Below, piece by piece: positions 1-11,226 of a DNA stretch of 64,000 bases. Location: positions 108,243-172,242 of the forward strand of contig JAIQFY010000010.1 of assembly GCA_020072965.1 (NCBI GenBank), given 5' to 3'. The stretch comes from Terriglobia bacterium. Its GTDB lineage: Bacteria; Acidobacteriota; Terriglobia; JAIQFV01. The notes beneath the pieces are model-generated. The model had not been told where the DNA came from. It saw nothing but the letters and a program-made list of their open reading frames with translations, and searched no databases. A program made the position numbers and the translations under genes. Numbering within the stretch: position 1 is the first letter of the stretch; each line of letters begins with the position of its first letter.

Positions 1-1527
1 CCCTCCCTGCAGGTACCCTCCAATGGTGGTCCGGACAACCACGGGACATTTGAAACTGTTGTTGGAACGCCAACGGATCGTCGCCAGTTCGTTGCGAAGC
101 TGCATGTAAGCAGGCCAGATGTAATCAAAAAACTGGATCTCGACGACGGGCTTCAAGCCTCGCGTTGCCATCCCGATTGCACGCCCGACAATGTTGGCTT
201 CCGCAAGCGGTGAATTGAAAACTCGATGCCCCCCAAACTTACGTTGAAGCCCATAGGTTACCTTGAAGACACCGCCCTTGCCCTTCAACTGTTCCAGTTT
301 TTCCTCGTGGCTACAATCGGCTACGTCTTCTCCAAAAACCACGATTCGTTCATCCCGGGCCATTTCAGATTTCAGGCAGGCGTTGAGCAAATCAACCATT
401 GTCCTGGGCTCGCCTGACGGGTGCGGCTCCGTGCAGAAGGCCTCGGAGGTGGGGTCGACGTCCGGGGAATAGACGAAGGAATAGACCGATTCCCGCGAGG
501 GCATTTCCGCCCCAAGCGCTCGATCGACGTCCGCTTGAATCAGGGCGTCAACTTCGTCTTTGAGCGCCTCGATCTCGCCTGCCGTCAAAACCCCCTCGTC
601 GATCAATTTCATTGCCAACCGGGTGATGGGATCACGTTGCGCCTCCTCGGACCGCTCCTGGGGAGTCTTGTAGGCCTGCTCGTCGTCCGAAAGCGAATGA
701 GAGTAGGGCCGGACAACGCGGGCATGCACGAGTGATGGACCGCGACGCTCCCGAGTGTAAATGACGGCACGCCGCATGACGTCATAACAGGCCGCCGCTT
801 CACTCCCATCAACCTCCTCCACGTAGAGGTTTGGAAAGTCACGAACCAATCGCGAGATGGATCCCCCCGCGGTTTGTACGTCCACCGGGACCGAAATTGC
901 GTAACCGTTATCTTCGACCAGGTAGAGGACTGGAAGCTTCAGATTGCATGCCGTGTTCAACGATTCCCAGAACTCTCCCTCGCTGGTGGTCCCCTCACCC
1001 AATGAAACGTAAGTCACCTCATCAGAGTGGAAGTTTTCCACACGCGATTTCAAATCACCTATCCGGGGGATGCGACAACTCGCCTCGGCACAGCCGACCG
1101 CTTGCAAGCATTGAGTGCCCGTGGGAGAGGACTGGGTGACGATGTTCAGCCGCTTGCTTCCCCAGTGGGAAGGCATCTGCCGCCCTCCCGAATTGGGGTC
1201 GTCAGCAGCGCCTACGGCTCCCAAAAGCATTTCATAAGGGGTCATACCCAACGCCAGACACAGGGCACGATCACGATAATAGGGATAGAACCAGTCGTAG
1301 CCGGCGCGCAAATGCATGGCCGCCGCGACGAGGGGCGCTTCATGCCCGGCACCACTGATCTGAAAGTAGATCTTCTGCTGCCGCTTCAGCTGGATCTCCT
1401 TGTCATCAAGGCGCCGGGACAGAAGCATGGTCCTATAAAAGAGGAACCACTGCTCCTTCGTCAATCCATTCCACGAGCTGCCGTGTGATTTTACTTTCGA
1501 CCGGGTCTCAATTGAAGCTTTCGACAT
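1..1527 (-). CDS. 2-oxoacid (probably branched-chain) dehydrogenase E1, fused alpha/beta subunits; 3' end runs off the window
   Basis: Not in the ORF track because it is truncated. Manual translation from ATG 1527 (GGAG upstream) gives [11 protein letters not shown]...[34 protein letters not shown], typical of E1-alpha. The distal part has E1-beta motifs ([26 protein letters not shown]). Confidence 0.9.
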   Translation of the reverse strand, partial: MSKASIETRSKVKSHGSSWNGLTKEQWFLFYRTMLLSRRLDDKEIQLKRQQKIYFQISGAGHEAPLVAAAMHLRAGYDWFYPYYRDRALCLALGMTPYEMLLGAVGAADDPNSGGRQMPSHWGSKRLNIVTQSSPTGTQCLQAVGCAEASCRIPRIGDLKSRVENFHSDEVTYVSLGEGTTSEGEFWESLNTACNLKLPVLYLVEDNGYAISVPVDVQTAGGSISRLVRDFPNLYVEEVDGSEAAACYDVMRRAVIYTRERRGPSLVHARVVRPYSHSLSDDEQAYKTPQERSEEAQRDPITRLAMKLIDEGVLTAGEIEALKDEVDALIQADVDRALGAEMPSRESVYSFVYSPDVDPTSEAFCTEPHPSGEPRTMVDLLNACLKSEMARDERIVVFGEDVADCSHEEKLEQLKGKGGVFKVTYGLQRKFGGHRVFNSPLAEANIVGRAIGMATRGLKPVVEIQFFDYIWPAYMQLRNELATIRWRSNNSFKCPVVVRTTIGGYLQGG

Positions 1528-1576
1528 TCAACTCCTCACGCCAGGGTGGCCGACTGGTCGCCCCCTAAGGATTCCC

Positions 1577-3613
1577 CTAACTTGCCTTTTTGGTGCTTTG
1601 GTATTCGACAATCCTACCCGCGATGGCGCTGGCGGCGACCGTATAAGGGCTCGCCAGGTAGACCTGACCCGGGCCACTGCGACCCGGAAAATTCCGGTTC
1701 TGCGAGCTCACGCTGACCTCGTCTTTCCCCTTCGACGCACCGGGGCCTGCATTGATGCATGCCCCACAACTCGGCTCAATAATCTGCGCCCCGACTTGCT
1801 GAAAGAGCCGCGTGTAGCCTTTCTGCTCGGCGTAGTTACGGGTCTCCTGGGAGCCAAACTGGATGTAACACTGCACTTCCGGGGCCACGTGCCTGCCCTG
1901 GGCAAGCGCCTCCCTGAAAACGCTGGCATACATGTCCATATCTTCGTTCTTGCCTGCCGTACAGGAGCCGCCGTAGGCAATGTCAATTTTCACTTCCCCC
2001 TGGAGTTCATCAATGAAGACCCCGTTCCCGGGATCTCCCGGCAGTGCCACCATCGGGCGAAGTCGGCTGGCATCGATTTCGATGACGGTGGCATATTGAG
2101 CGCCAGGGTCACCGGACCACCCCGCACAGTACATCTCAGCCTTGGACCTCGGCATCCCCCGCCTCTCCACCAGGAAGTCCACCACTTTCTGGTCAGGCGC
2201 CACGATTCCCGTGAACCCGCCAATCTCCGCCGCCATGTTAGTCATGGTCGCTCGCTCGTCCACCGAGAGCGCTTCAATCGCCTCGCCCGAGTACTCGATC
2301 ACTTTGCCCAGGGCGTCTCCATTCTTCACGTAGGGCATACGGAGGATCTCGAGAATCATATCTTTGGCTGTAACGTTATCGGGTTTCCTTCCATGAATGA
2401 CAATCTTCACGGTCTCCGGGATGCGGACGCGAACATCCTTCGTAATCCAGGCATTGAAGACGTCCGTTGTGCCGATCCCAAAAGCGATGCAGCCGACTGC
2501 CCCGCTGTGCGGAGTGTGACTGTCGCTGCCCACCACCACCTGGCCGGGGAGCGCGTAGCTCTCCAGAACCTTGCTGTGGCAAATCGCCTCACTTCCTTTT
2601 CGATCGGTTAATTCCCCGTGGACACGAATCCCCTGAACTTCGGCAAACGCCTGTTGTTTTCGCTTCAACTCGAAGGCTAGATCGAGGAGTCCCATCTTGA
2701 CCCGTTCCACCGGCATCACCTCATCCAGGAACGTCAGATGATCCCGGAAGAAGAGAATCGATGAAGGGTCGTTCACTCGTTCATTCTTTCCAACTAACTG
2801 CTCAAAGAAGATCGCTGCCATGGGAGTGACATACTCATGGCTGAACCGCAAATCCGCTCTCACAAATCCCGAATCGCCGGGCTTCACTCCAGAGACACCG
2901 ATTTTATTCGCTGCCAGATCGGCGACCATGTGCTTTGCAAAGATCTTCTCGGCGAGTGTCATCGGTCTCGATTGCGTATCGAGGGCTGGCAGGGATACCT
3001 GACCCTGAATGCGCGCCACATTAAAGTTGAAAAGCCCTCCAAACTCGACAATCTGCCTGGTAATCTCATCCTCACCGCGCGTGAATTCCTCGAGCGGAAT
3101 TTCCTCGCCCTGCCGGATCTTCCCGATGACATCAAAATTGGTGGTCACATACAATCCGAGGTTCTGGCAATTCTGTTTGTAAATCCGCTCGATATTCTCC
3201 GCCACGATGACTTGAATACCGGCGCACATCTCAGCGTAAGGGGACTGTTCCCGACTGGAGCCCTTTCCGCGGCGCTTCCCCGCCACCGCAGCGACGAATC
3301 CGCCCCCCCTTACAGAACCCCGGGTGACTGGAAATTCCTCGCGGCTGTTGCCCCCCTCCGTCGCAGTGCATTTCAAACCCAGATAAGGAAAATCTCCCAG
3401 GGTTTCGTCGAAGTAATAGCAAATGTAGGCCGGAGTAATCTCATCCGTGGAAATGTTATCGCGCAACCTAAGGGAAGGGTTCCAATCCAGGTCCTCCCCC
3501 CCCAACTGCATTTTCAAGAGCTTGGAGTCTTCTGTGAGAAAGAGAATTCGGCCTTCCAGCCGGACGCGCGGAGGGCGCCTTGTCACTTTACGGGTGAGTA
3601 ATGAAGAAATCAT
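1577..3613 (-). CDS. Aconitase/3-isopropylmalate dehydratase family protein, swivel (LeuD-like) domain fused N-terminal to the LeuC-like domain
   Basis: N-terminal DNISTDEITP and GKGSSREQSP (swivel domain), then MTLAEKI, GSDSHT, GSCTAG, CGACI, SQNRNFPGRSG. Start chosen at MISSLL. Confidence 0.85.
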   Translation of the reverse strand: MISSLLTRKVTRRPPRVRLEGRILFLTEDSKLLKMQLGGEDLDWNPSLRLRDNISTDEITPAYICYYFDETLGDFPYLGLKCTATEGGNSREEFPVTRGSVRGGGFVAAVAGKRRGKGSSREQSPYAEMCAGIQVIVAENIERIYKQNCQNLGLYVTTNFDVIGKIRQGEEIPLEEFTRGEDEITRQIVEFGGLFNFNVARIQGQVSLPALDTQSRPMTLAEKIFAKHMVADLAANKIGVSGVKPGDSGFVRADLRFSHEYVTPMAAIFFEQLVGKNERVNDPSSILFFRDHLTFLDEVMPVERVKMGLLDLAFELKRKQQAFAEVQGIRVHGELTDRKGSEAICHSKVLESYALPGQVVVGSDSHTPHSGAVGCIAFGIGTTDVFNAWITKDVRVRIPETVKIVIHGRKPDNVTAKDMILEILRMPYVKNGDALGKVIEYSGEAIEALSVDERATMTNMAAEIGGFTGIVAPDQKVVDFLVERRGMPRSKAEMYCAGWSGDPGAQYATVIEIDASRLRPMVALPGDPGNGVFIDELQGEVKIDIAYGGSCTAGKNEDMDMYASVFREALAQGRHVAPEVQCYIQFGSQETRNYAEQKGYTRLFQQVGAQIIEPSCGACINAGPGASKGKDEVSVSSQNRNFPGRSGPGQVYLASPYTVAASAIAGRIVEYQSTKKAS

Positions 3614-3770
3614 CTCGATGACCCTTAAAAGGAAATCCAATCCTTTCTGAAAGCTCTATTATACCCAATTTGCTGAAAACAGCGGGAGGACTTGCCTGTG
3701 GTCCGTGGCCGTACCGAACAAATCGGGAGCGCTTACGAAGCCTCCTGATATTTGCGTTACGACAGAAAAA

Positions 3771-5039
3771 TCAACCGAAAGGATGATCAATGGACGGGCT
3801 CGGTGGTGTGAACATCCGGGCACCGTTTACGGTCAAGAACATACAGTCTTCCAGACGGATGCCAAATTCGCCATGTAGGTAGATGCCCGGTTCATTGCTG
3901 AACGTCATTCCCGCTTCAATCTTTCTCCGATTTCCGTTAACCAGGTAGAACCACTCATGACCATCCAGCCCGATGCCGTGTCCCACGCGGTGAGTGAATT
4001 CTTTATAGCCCGGACCGAACCCCGCCTCCTCGATCACCTTGCGGGCGGCAGCATCCACGGCTTGACATTCAACGCCGGGTTTGGCGGCTTCGAGGGCCAC
4101 TTGTTGGGCCTTTTGGACAATCCCCCACACTTTTCTTTGTTTGTCAGAAGGTTTTCCAAACACAACGGTCCGAGTGATGTCTGAGGAATAGCCCTCGACG
4201 CGACACCCGCCGTCGGCCAGGACGGCTTCACCCAGTTTCAACCTCTGGGGTACAGAGGAGCCGTGGGGGAACGCTGAGTTCTCGCCAAAAAGAACCAACG
4301 CTCCACCCGGAGCGCCCAGGGCACGATGAGCCGCCGCTATGGCGGAAGACAATTCACCGGGAGTCATGCCTTCATGCAGTGTTTTGAACGCCGTTTCAAA
4401 CGCTTTCAATGTGATCTGATTCGCCAGCGTCATCAAATCCAGTTCATGGCGGGACTTGACACTACGGCATCGGGCGGATACCTCGGCTGAACAAGGGACA
4501 AGTCGAAGCGCCGGAGCGGCCTTTGAAATCCCATCGCTCTGAAAAAAACGGACCTGTTCTTCAATACCAAGCGTTCCGCTAGAGGCATTCCGGTCTTTCA
4601 AAACCTGCGCAATCAAGGCATATGGGGATTCATCCTCTTCCCAGGAACGGATGTCCTTCCCGAATCGAATGAGTTCCTCGGCCCGGGCTCGTTCAAATGC
4701 AGGCGTCACCCATGCGATTTCCCCTTTAGCCGGGATGATCAATCCAAACGTGCGTTCGCTCTGACCCCACTCCATACCGGCAAAGTAGCGCATCGAAGAT
4801 CCCCCAGCAATGTACACAGCGTCGATACGCGCATCACGCATGCACTGCCGGGCCCGCTCCTGTCGCGCCAGATACTCCTCGGAATCAATCCCCTTGATGT
4901 CTGTCGTCATTGACTTGAGACTCTTGATTTCATCCTGGGCAGCCGGCGGCAGGGGGTAGGCTTCAGTTTGATCATTCATTGATGCCCAGGCAAAGGCAGC
5001 TGCACCCAATTTGAAGAATTCGCGACGATCCAGGCACAT
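3771..5039 (-). CDS. Xaa-Pro aminopeptidase (M24) with Tat signal peptide
   Basis: DRREFFK twin-arginine motif; M24 metal motifs DGG...SDITRT, HRVGHGIGLDGHE, NEPGIY, GIRLED. Confidence 0.9.
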   Translation of the reverse strand: MCLDRREFFKLGAAAFAWASMNDQTEAYPLPPAAQDEIKSLKSMTTDIKGIDSEEYLARQERARQCMRDARIDAVYIAGGSSMRYFAGMEWGQSERTFGLIIPAKGEIAWVTPAFERARAEELIRFGKDIRSWEEDESPYALIAQVLKDRNASSGTLGIEEQVRFFQSDGISKAAPALRLVPCSAEVSARCRSVKSRHELDLMTLANQITLKAFETAFKTLHEGMTPGELSSAIAAAHRALGAPGGALVLFGENSAFPHGSSVPQRLKLGEAVLADGGCRVEGYSSDITRTVVFGKPSDKQRKVWGIVQKAQQVALEAAKPGVECQAVDAAARKVIEEAGFGPGYKEFTHRVGHGIGLDGHEWFYLVNGNRRKIEAGMTFSNEPGIYLHGEFGIRLEDCMFLTVNGARMFTPPSPSIDHPFG

Positions 5040-5221
5040 ATTTGAATGTCTCCTTGGAAGCCCTTCCAAACTCGGAGGAAATACGAACACAGCCCAGTGA
5101 TCAGGCCGCATCGATCAACTCATAACACCTTTGTGGTAGGTGCAACGGTCAGTTCCCTGCGAGGTCCACGACCCCGCGGTTTATACACCCGGGAAGGAAG
5201 GTGAATCGGGAACGACCCGGA

Positions 5222-6412
5222 CTATTCGCTCAACACCAATTTGGCGATGGTCTGAAGTTGCATGTTTGACGTGCCCTCGTAAATCTGTCCAATCTTGGCG
5301 TCGCGATAGAATTTTTCTACCGGATAGTCTTTCGTGTAACCATATCCGCCAAGGAGCTGAACGGCCATCGAGGTGACCCTTTCAGCCATCATCGAGGAAA
5401 GGTATTTGGTCATCGCAGCTTCTTTCACGAAGGGGACGCCTGCGTCGCGCATCCGGGCCGAGTTATAAGTCAGCGTGCGGGAACACTCGATGTCGATCGC
5501 CATCTCGGCCAACTGGAACTGGACCGCCTGGAACTGAGAGATCTCCCTTCCGAACGCGTGTCGTTCCTTCGTGTACGCCAATGCCGCTTCATACGCCCCC
5601 TGGGCCAGCCCGGTCATTTGCGCCCCGATCCCAATCCGCCCTTCGTTCAAAGTCTCTATGGCAATCTTGTACCCGATGCCCACCTTGCCCAGCACGTTTT
5701 CCTTGGGGACGATACAATCGTCGAGCAGCAACTCGCATGTCGATGAGGCCCGGATGCCCAGCTTGTCCTCTTTCTTCCCCACCGTAAACCCCTGGAAACC
5801 CTTCTCAATGATAAAAGCAGTGATCCCCTTATAGCCGGCAGGGGGATTTGCATTGGCAAAGAGGATGAAGACATCCGCTTCCTTAGCGTTTGTAATCCAG
5901 AGCTTCCGGCCATTGAGGATGAAATGGTCGGGACGCTCCTCGGCCCTCGTGGTGAGGGCAAACGCATCGCTGCCCGAAGTGGCTTCACTCAGGGCATAAG
6001 CGCCCACACTCCCCTTGGCCAAACGGGGGAAGTATTTCTTCCGTTGTGTTTCATTGGCCCAACGTAGAAAAACGTTGTTGACCAGGGTGTTCTGAACATC
6101 GACGATGACTCCGATCGAGGGATCCACTCGAGATAGTTCCTCCACCGCCAGGACCGCCATGAAAAAAGACCCGCCTGCGCCGCCATACTCTTCCGGAATC
6201 TCAATTCCCATGATTCCCAGCTCGAAAAACTCCTTCAGGAGGTCCTTTTGAAACGCCCCTTCCTCGTCCATTTTCTTGACTAAAGGCTTCAGGCGCGCTT
6301 CCGCAAATTCTCTTACCGTGGAGCGGAACAGGGACTCATCCTCCGAGAATGACGTCACTGGCGGGCGAGCTGAAACATTTTCCTTCATGGCATTGGTTGA
6401 CATTGGCTTCAT
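5222..6412 (-). CDS. Acyl-CoA dehydrogenase (short/branched-chain type)
   Basis: ALSEATSGSDA, LNGRKLWITN, KLGIRASST, GGYGY, YRDAKIGQIYEGTSNMQ. Confidence 0.95.
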   Translation of the reverse strand: MKPMSTNAMKENVSARPPVTSFSEDESLFRSTVREFAEARLKPLVKKMDEEGAFQKDLLKEFFELGIMGIEIPEEYGGAGGSFFMAVLAVEELSRVDPSIGVIVDVQNTLVNNVFLRWANETQRKKYFPRLAKGSVGAYALSEATSGSDAFALTTRAEERPDHFILNGRKLWITNAKEADVFILFANANPPAGYKGITAFIIEKGFQGFTVGKKEDKLGIRASSTCELLLDDCIVPKENVLGKVGIGYKIAIETLNEGRIGIGAQMTGLAQGAYEAALAYTKERHAFGREISQFQAVQFQLAEMAIDIECSRTLTYNSARMRDAGVPFVKEAAMTKYLSSMMAERVTSMAVQLLGGYGYTKDYPVEKFYRDAKIGQIYEGTSNMQLQTIAKLVLSE

Positions 6413-6620
6413 CCTCTAGCTTGAAAATCCTTCCACAGGCTCTCGAACAGTCTCTAAACAGGTGCGCAAATAAAGCTGAGAAAATCTAAATGAAAGCAAT
6501 CCGAATGGCAAGGTATTTCCGTGAGTGCTGCGCGCGCTTCATCGCCCTCGCGGTTTGTTAGGGGCGCTCAGGTGCAAAGCCGGTTTTTCACAGGGAGCCA
6601 TCTTCTCCTTTGACGGGGGC

Positions 6621-7466
6621 CTAATTCATCAGCGCCATCCCATTCTCGGCGGAATACAACCAGGAGAGCACCTGCTCCCGGTCGGGGGCTTCCGGGTCCA
6701 GCGCAAGATATCTTCTGAAGCCCGCCGACGCCTTACGGTAATGTTTGAGTTGAAGGTGCATGAATGAGAGATTTCGAATCTCGGTTGCGTCCTCCGGAGA
6801 AATGACAAGCATCAATTCAATGACCGCCAGCGACTTTTCTGCGACGCCGGTACTGGAAAAGATGTGTTTCAGATTATTGAGCATCCGAAAAAGAATCTGT
6901 TTCTTGCTGACCGGCTGAAGGAAGGCACGTTGAAACTCCGAGGATCCGCTGGACATTTCGGCCCAACGGGACCGGCAATCCTCCACGGTCATGAGCGTTC
7001 CTGCATGGTACGGATCGATGAGCATCTCGTCGAAGGGATCGTCGAGTTTCACGAGGAAATGGCCCGGCAAACCCACGCCAACAATATCCAAACCGATGCG
7101 CCGTGCTATCTCCATGTAAACTAAGGATAAAGTAATAGGGATTCCCGTCTTCCGGTCCAATACGTCATTCAGATAACTGTTCCTCGGATCATAGTAATTG
7201 TCCGCGTTTCCCTTGAAGCCCTGCTCTTTGAAGATAAACCGATTAAACGCCTCGATACTTTTTACAGTACAGGGGCTCTCAAGCGGAAGGCAGGAGCTGG
7301 CTCCAATAGCCATCTCGTCGAGGCGATCCAGATAGTCCTGAACCCGCAACGCAGGATATTCGCTCCGGGCGATCGTCAGGGCCCCCAGCGCTAAATTGAT
7401 CTGCCCTTCATCTCTGGAGACTATGGATCGAAACGCATCGATCACGCTTTGTTGTAAATCAGGCAT
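6621..7466 (-). CDS. SirB1-family transglutaminase-like protein with C-terminal TPR
   Basis: GFKGNADNYYDPRNSYLNDVLDRKTGIPITLS and GLPGHFLV signatures. Confidence 0.9.
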   Translation of the reverse strand: MPDLQQSVIDAFRSIVSRDEGQINLALGALTIARSEYPALRVQDYLDRLDEMAIGASSCLPLESPCTVKSIEAFNRFIFKEQGFKGNADNYYDPRNSYLNDVLDRKTGIPITLSLVYMEIARRIGLDIVGVGLPGHFLVKLDDPFDEMLIDPYHAGTLMTVEDCRSRWAEMSSGSSEFQRAFLQPVSKKQILFRMLNNLKHIFSSTGVAEKSLAVIELMLVISPEDATEIRNLSFMHLQLKHYRKASAGFRRYLALDPEAPDREQVLSWLYSAENGMALMN

Positions 7467-7688
7467 TGGGCATTATTGTAACAATTTTTCGGATTTCTTT
7501 CAGTCAACCCCGGAAATGAAGCCAGAAGCCTCATCTAAATCGGTTTGATCACCCTTCCCCCGGGGACACGACGGCTGGAAAAAACTGAAGACAGGGGATA
7601 TAATTGCGAATGAATCGCACATTAAGGGCAATCACGTGGAGGGCGTTTATGACGACTCCATGCGCAAGTTCAGGAGGGCGTAATCGAA

Positions 7689-8351
7689 ATGTCTCTGTTA
7701 GGTGAGAAGGAACAGGTAATCGTAAGCGAGCAATTTCAAAGGCTCGAGAATCCTGTGAGGATGATCCACTTTACCCAGGGCTTGATGTGTGACACCTGTC
7801 CCGAGACCCAGCGCCTCCTCGAAGACCTGGCATCCCTGTCTGACAAGGTCACCCTTGAGGTCCATAACTTTGCGATTGAACAAGAACTGGCGGCGCAGTT
7901 TCAGGTGGCTCGAGTCCCTGCAACTGTTATACAGACAGAGAAGGATTTTGGAATTCGGCTTTACGGGTTGCCTTCGGGTTACGAATTTGCTTCTCTATTG
8001 CACGCCATCCTGGCCGTGTCCCGTTCCGCCACCGAGTTGTCGGAGGAATCAAAGACCCTACTCCGATCCGTTACCACTCCTACTCACATCCAGGTGTTTG
8101 TGACCCCCACCTGACCGTATTGCCCCGCGGCCGTGAAGCTCGCGTACGAACTGGCAATTGAGAACGACTACATCACCTCGGACATGGTGGAAGTTTCAGA
8201 ATATCCGGATCTGATCCGCAAGTATCAGGTTCGAGGAGTTCCGAAAACCGTGGTGAACGATACCGTTGAGTTTGTTGGCGCTCTTCCGGAAGCAGAGTTT
8301 GTCGCGCAGGTTCTAAGAGGGGTAATCCCGGCCGGTTTGGAAAACAGGTAG
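7689..8351 (+). CDS. Protein disulfide oxidoreductase (PDO / AhpF N-terminal-like, two thioredoxin folds), probable selenoprotein (CDTC ... UPYC)
   Basis: ORFs 7689-8114 and 8133-8351 are in the same frame. Readthrough gives FVTPT-UGA(8112-8114)-PYCPAAVK, i.e. the CPYC site with UGA at the first Cys. Hairpin at 8126-8144. Confidence 0.88.
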
Positions 8352-8533
8352 GTGGGAGGGGACGAAAACTCGAAGGAGGAAGGCGTCCTCTCACAGCGCC
8401 TGCCATCTTCCCCTCTTCTTAACACCGCGTCTTTGATGTTGCCATGACCGCATGTACTGACCGAAGGGTGCAGGCTCACACCCGCGAATGGCCGGAAAAT
8501 CCTCAGGAACAGAGAGCTGGGCCCGATCCCACC

Positions 8534-10444
8534 CTATTCCCCCGCAGGCTGTTCAGCCCCCGGAAATTGAGAGCCGAAGGCGGTCACCAAGGGCAGACCG
8601 GGAAGTGTCTCCAATGGCATAACCTCCTGTCTAACCTCGTCGTACCCATCTGGGAGATCGCCATTGTCTGGACGAAAATACCGCCAATAGTTGGGACGCA
8701 CGGAAGCGATGAGCTCTTTTCGCGTCTTGGTTTTGAGCGGTTTTCCGATGTAGATCTTGCCCATCCGCTCCAGGATCTTTTCCGGGATGGCGCCCGCAAA
8801 CATGAACAAAGGGTATTTGAAATTCGGCCCATTCAGCTTCCGTAATTTGACAAGCCACATGATCAGCGAACCAAGGCGCCAGACAGTCGGGGCCCACCAG
8901 CTGTAATTGCCCGGACGCACGTTCATCTTCCAGCACTTCATCATGAGTTGCCATTGCAGAGGGGAGAGCTGGCGCGTTTCGGTCACGCCCTGCTTATCTG
9001 CCATGCGCGTATCATGCAAAGGGGTAAAAATCGAAGGGATGAGGAAGGCGAAGACGTGACGGCGCTCCATCTCATAAACCAGATCGAGCGTCGCTTTGAC
9101 ATCCTCGTCCGTTTCGCCGGGGTTGCCCACAATCAGAGTCATGGCGGGAAACCAGTTGTTCTCGTTCAAGACCCGAAGCCCTTCCAGGATAATGCTCGGC
9201 CAGTCTTCGATGGGAAAAGGGACCGCTTTGCTCGGCATGATCTGTTTCGCCATGCGGACTGATCCTGTTTCCAAGCCAATCAAAGGAATCAGTGCTTTCT
9301 TCTGGGGATGACTGCTGAGGTACGGGAAATGGATGGGGCTCTTGGGCAAAAGGAGATTAGAGAGTTCTCTAATCAAGGTCGGATCGACGACGGCCGGGGC
9401 AATAGTGCAATGACTCAGCAGATGATGCTCGACCCCGGGCGTGTTGACGACCTCGCTAAAGAGGCCGACCAATGCTTCCCGATTCGGGAAGTAGAAAGGG
9501 ACATTGGTGTGAACCTGTCCCCAGATGAACATATCCTCGGTTGCAAGCGAGATTTGCTTGTTTCCGTTCCGGACATTCGCCCGGACTGATTTCAAGATGT
9601 TCTCCTTGGGTAGGTCGATTTGCGGATTCAAATCGGGAACACAAAACTGACATCTTCGCCCGCAGCCGGTGGTCATTTCGACGACACCGAAGGTCGTGCG
9701 CTTTTCAGGCGCAAGAATGGTCGAACCGTCCTTCGGATGTGCAACATCGACCTGCCGGGGGAGGGATTCTCCTCTGACGGCCTGATCGAATAACCTCACC
9801 GTATCTGCTGATTCGCTCCGCCCTTCGATGACGCAGTCAATGCCAAGCTCCTCGTATGAATCCGTCTTAACGACTTGCCAGCCGCCTGATCCACCCACAA
9901 TAACCTTGAATTGGTCCCGATAGGGACTTGCTTTGATCTTTGCAAAAAGGGCTCGCGCATAGTGGGAGTTGATGGGCATTTTCGAAGATCCGAACATCGA
10001 GGTATAGACCCCTGCTGCAAACGTCACTCCCAGGGGATTGTGAGTGGAGACCGCGACGACGCGGGTGTTTGGCCCGATGAATTTTTCCAAGTCGTCAGGG
10101 TAGCAAGCGACAACCTCATCCGGTCCGTAGCTCCGAAGCAAAGAAGCTTCAACCAGTCGCACACCGGCTGGCATGGTACGGGCGGAACCATCCTCGTTGT
10201 GCTCCACCTCGCGCCAATGGGGGTACTTGTCGTTAAGGAACCGCTCCATCCAAATGGGTAAAGATGCCATCATCATCTGAATAAAATAGCCGGCATGGTC
10301 AATGGTCTCAGACAGAGGCGCCGATAAGACAATCAGCCTCCCCCCATCGATCGGGGCCGATGATTGAAGGACTTGCGCCACATTGTGATGGGACGTTTCG
10401 AGCGGTATTCCATTTCCATTGCTCTTCCGAGTTTTTAGACCCAT
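8534..10444 (-). CDS. Radical SAM protein with N-terminal B12-binding-like region
   Basis: GCGRRCQFC CxxxCxxC motif; LIGLETGS; IVGNPGETDED; GGAGGAG SD before ATG 10444. Confidence 0.85.
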   Translation of the reverse strand: MGLKTRKSNGNGIPLETSHHNVAQVLQSSAPIDGGRLIVLSAPLSETIDHAGYFIQMMMASLPIWMERFLNDKYPHWREVEHNEDGSARTMPAGVRLVEASLLRSYGPDEVVACYPDDLEKFIGPNTRVVAVSTHNPLGVTFAAGVYTSMFGSSKMPINSHYARALFAKIKASPYRDQFKVIVGGSGGWQVVKTDSYEELGIDCVIEGRSESADTVRLFDQAVRGESLPRQVDVAHPKDGSTILAPEKRTTFGVVEMTTGCGRRCQFCVPDLNPQIDLPKENILKSVRANVRNGNKQISLATEDMFIWGQVHTNVPFYFPNREALVGLFSEVVNTPGVEHHLLSHCTIAPAVVDPTLIRELSNLLLPKSPIHFPYLSSHPQKKALIPLIGLETGSVRMAKQIMPSKAVPFPIEDWPSIILEGLRVLNENNWFPAMTLIVGNPGETDEDVKATLDLVYEMERRHVFAFLIPSIFTPLHDTRMADKQGVTETRQLSPLQWQLMMKCWKMNVRPGNYSWWAPTVWRLGSLIMWLVKLRKLNGPNFKYPLFMFAGAIPEKILERMGKIYIGKPLKTKTRKELIASVRPNYWRYFRPDNGDLPDGYDEVRQEVMPLETLPGLPLVTAFGSQFPGAEQPAGE

Positions 10445-11226
10445 TTCTTCTCCTCCCGGAGATGGATTTCTGCGTACACCCGGTTCACCGGCTCTCACTT
10501 AATGAAAAACCAGGACACAGTCAAACAGGACTTCCCTCGAAATTACCCGAGGGAACGGCGTAATTCCTGTAGGAATTGACGAATCTTACATTCTTTTCCG
10601 GGTGAAAGCACGGAAAATTCGAGTATTGGGGTTTTTCTCGGGAGTAGATAACGCATTGAGTTCTGAGGAATTCGGATCGTAAAACGGTACGGTCGTCAGG
10701 GGCGTGCAAATAAGAAGCGGGTCCCGCATCGTCCTTGTAGATTCATGTGGGGCTCGATGCTGGTTGTCTTGCCTGACCCAGTATTCCTCCATTTCGAAGA
10801 AGATTCACTCGCTCCGAGATTCTGCAGCCGTCTTCTTGAACCTCCCAATCAAATGAACTTCGGAAAGTCACTAAAACACCGTCTTGAATTGCGATTGTGG
10901 AACTTGGAGAGCCTTCGCAGTAGTCAGAATCTTGAAGACAAAGGCCACAAACAAAGGCCACAAAAGGATGCGCCGGCATTTGGATCTGGAGTTTCTTTCA
11001 CAGCGACGTGGCTTGACTCCCACCCGAATCTTTTGTTACCTTGAGCAACGGTCAAAGGCATTCGGAGGCCTCCCCCCATTTCATTGTCCTCGAGCGCGAC
11101 GATGCTGAATCTTAAAGTCATGACATGCAAGCTTCCAAGGGCTTTGAACAATCACACTAATTTCAGGGTGGCCCATTGAAGGCCTATCATTGGAGCCTCT
11201 TCCATTCTCATTCTGCGCCCCCCACA

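Noticed and set aside
7689..8351. Pseudogene interpretation of the three UGA-split redox genes (also 32091-32528 and 45188-45763)
   Set aside because: Each stop is UGA, in frame, at the catalytic Cys and followed by a hairpin, with both halves otherwise intact. Three such coincidences are implausible.
10500..11200. Short ORFs and an ACAAAGGCCACAA duplication in the long divergent intergenic region
   Set aside because: No motif, SD or structure supports a gene; a single 13-nt duplication is uninformative.
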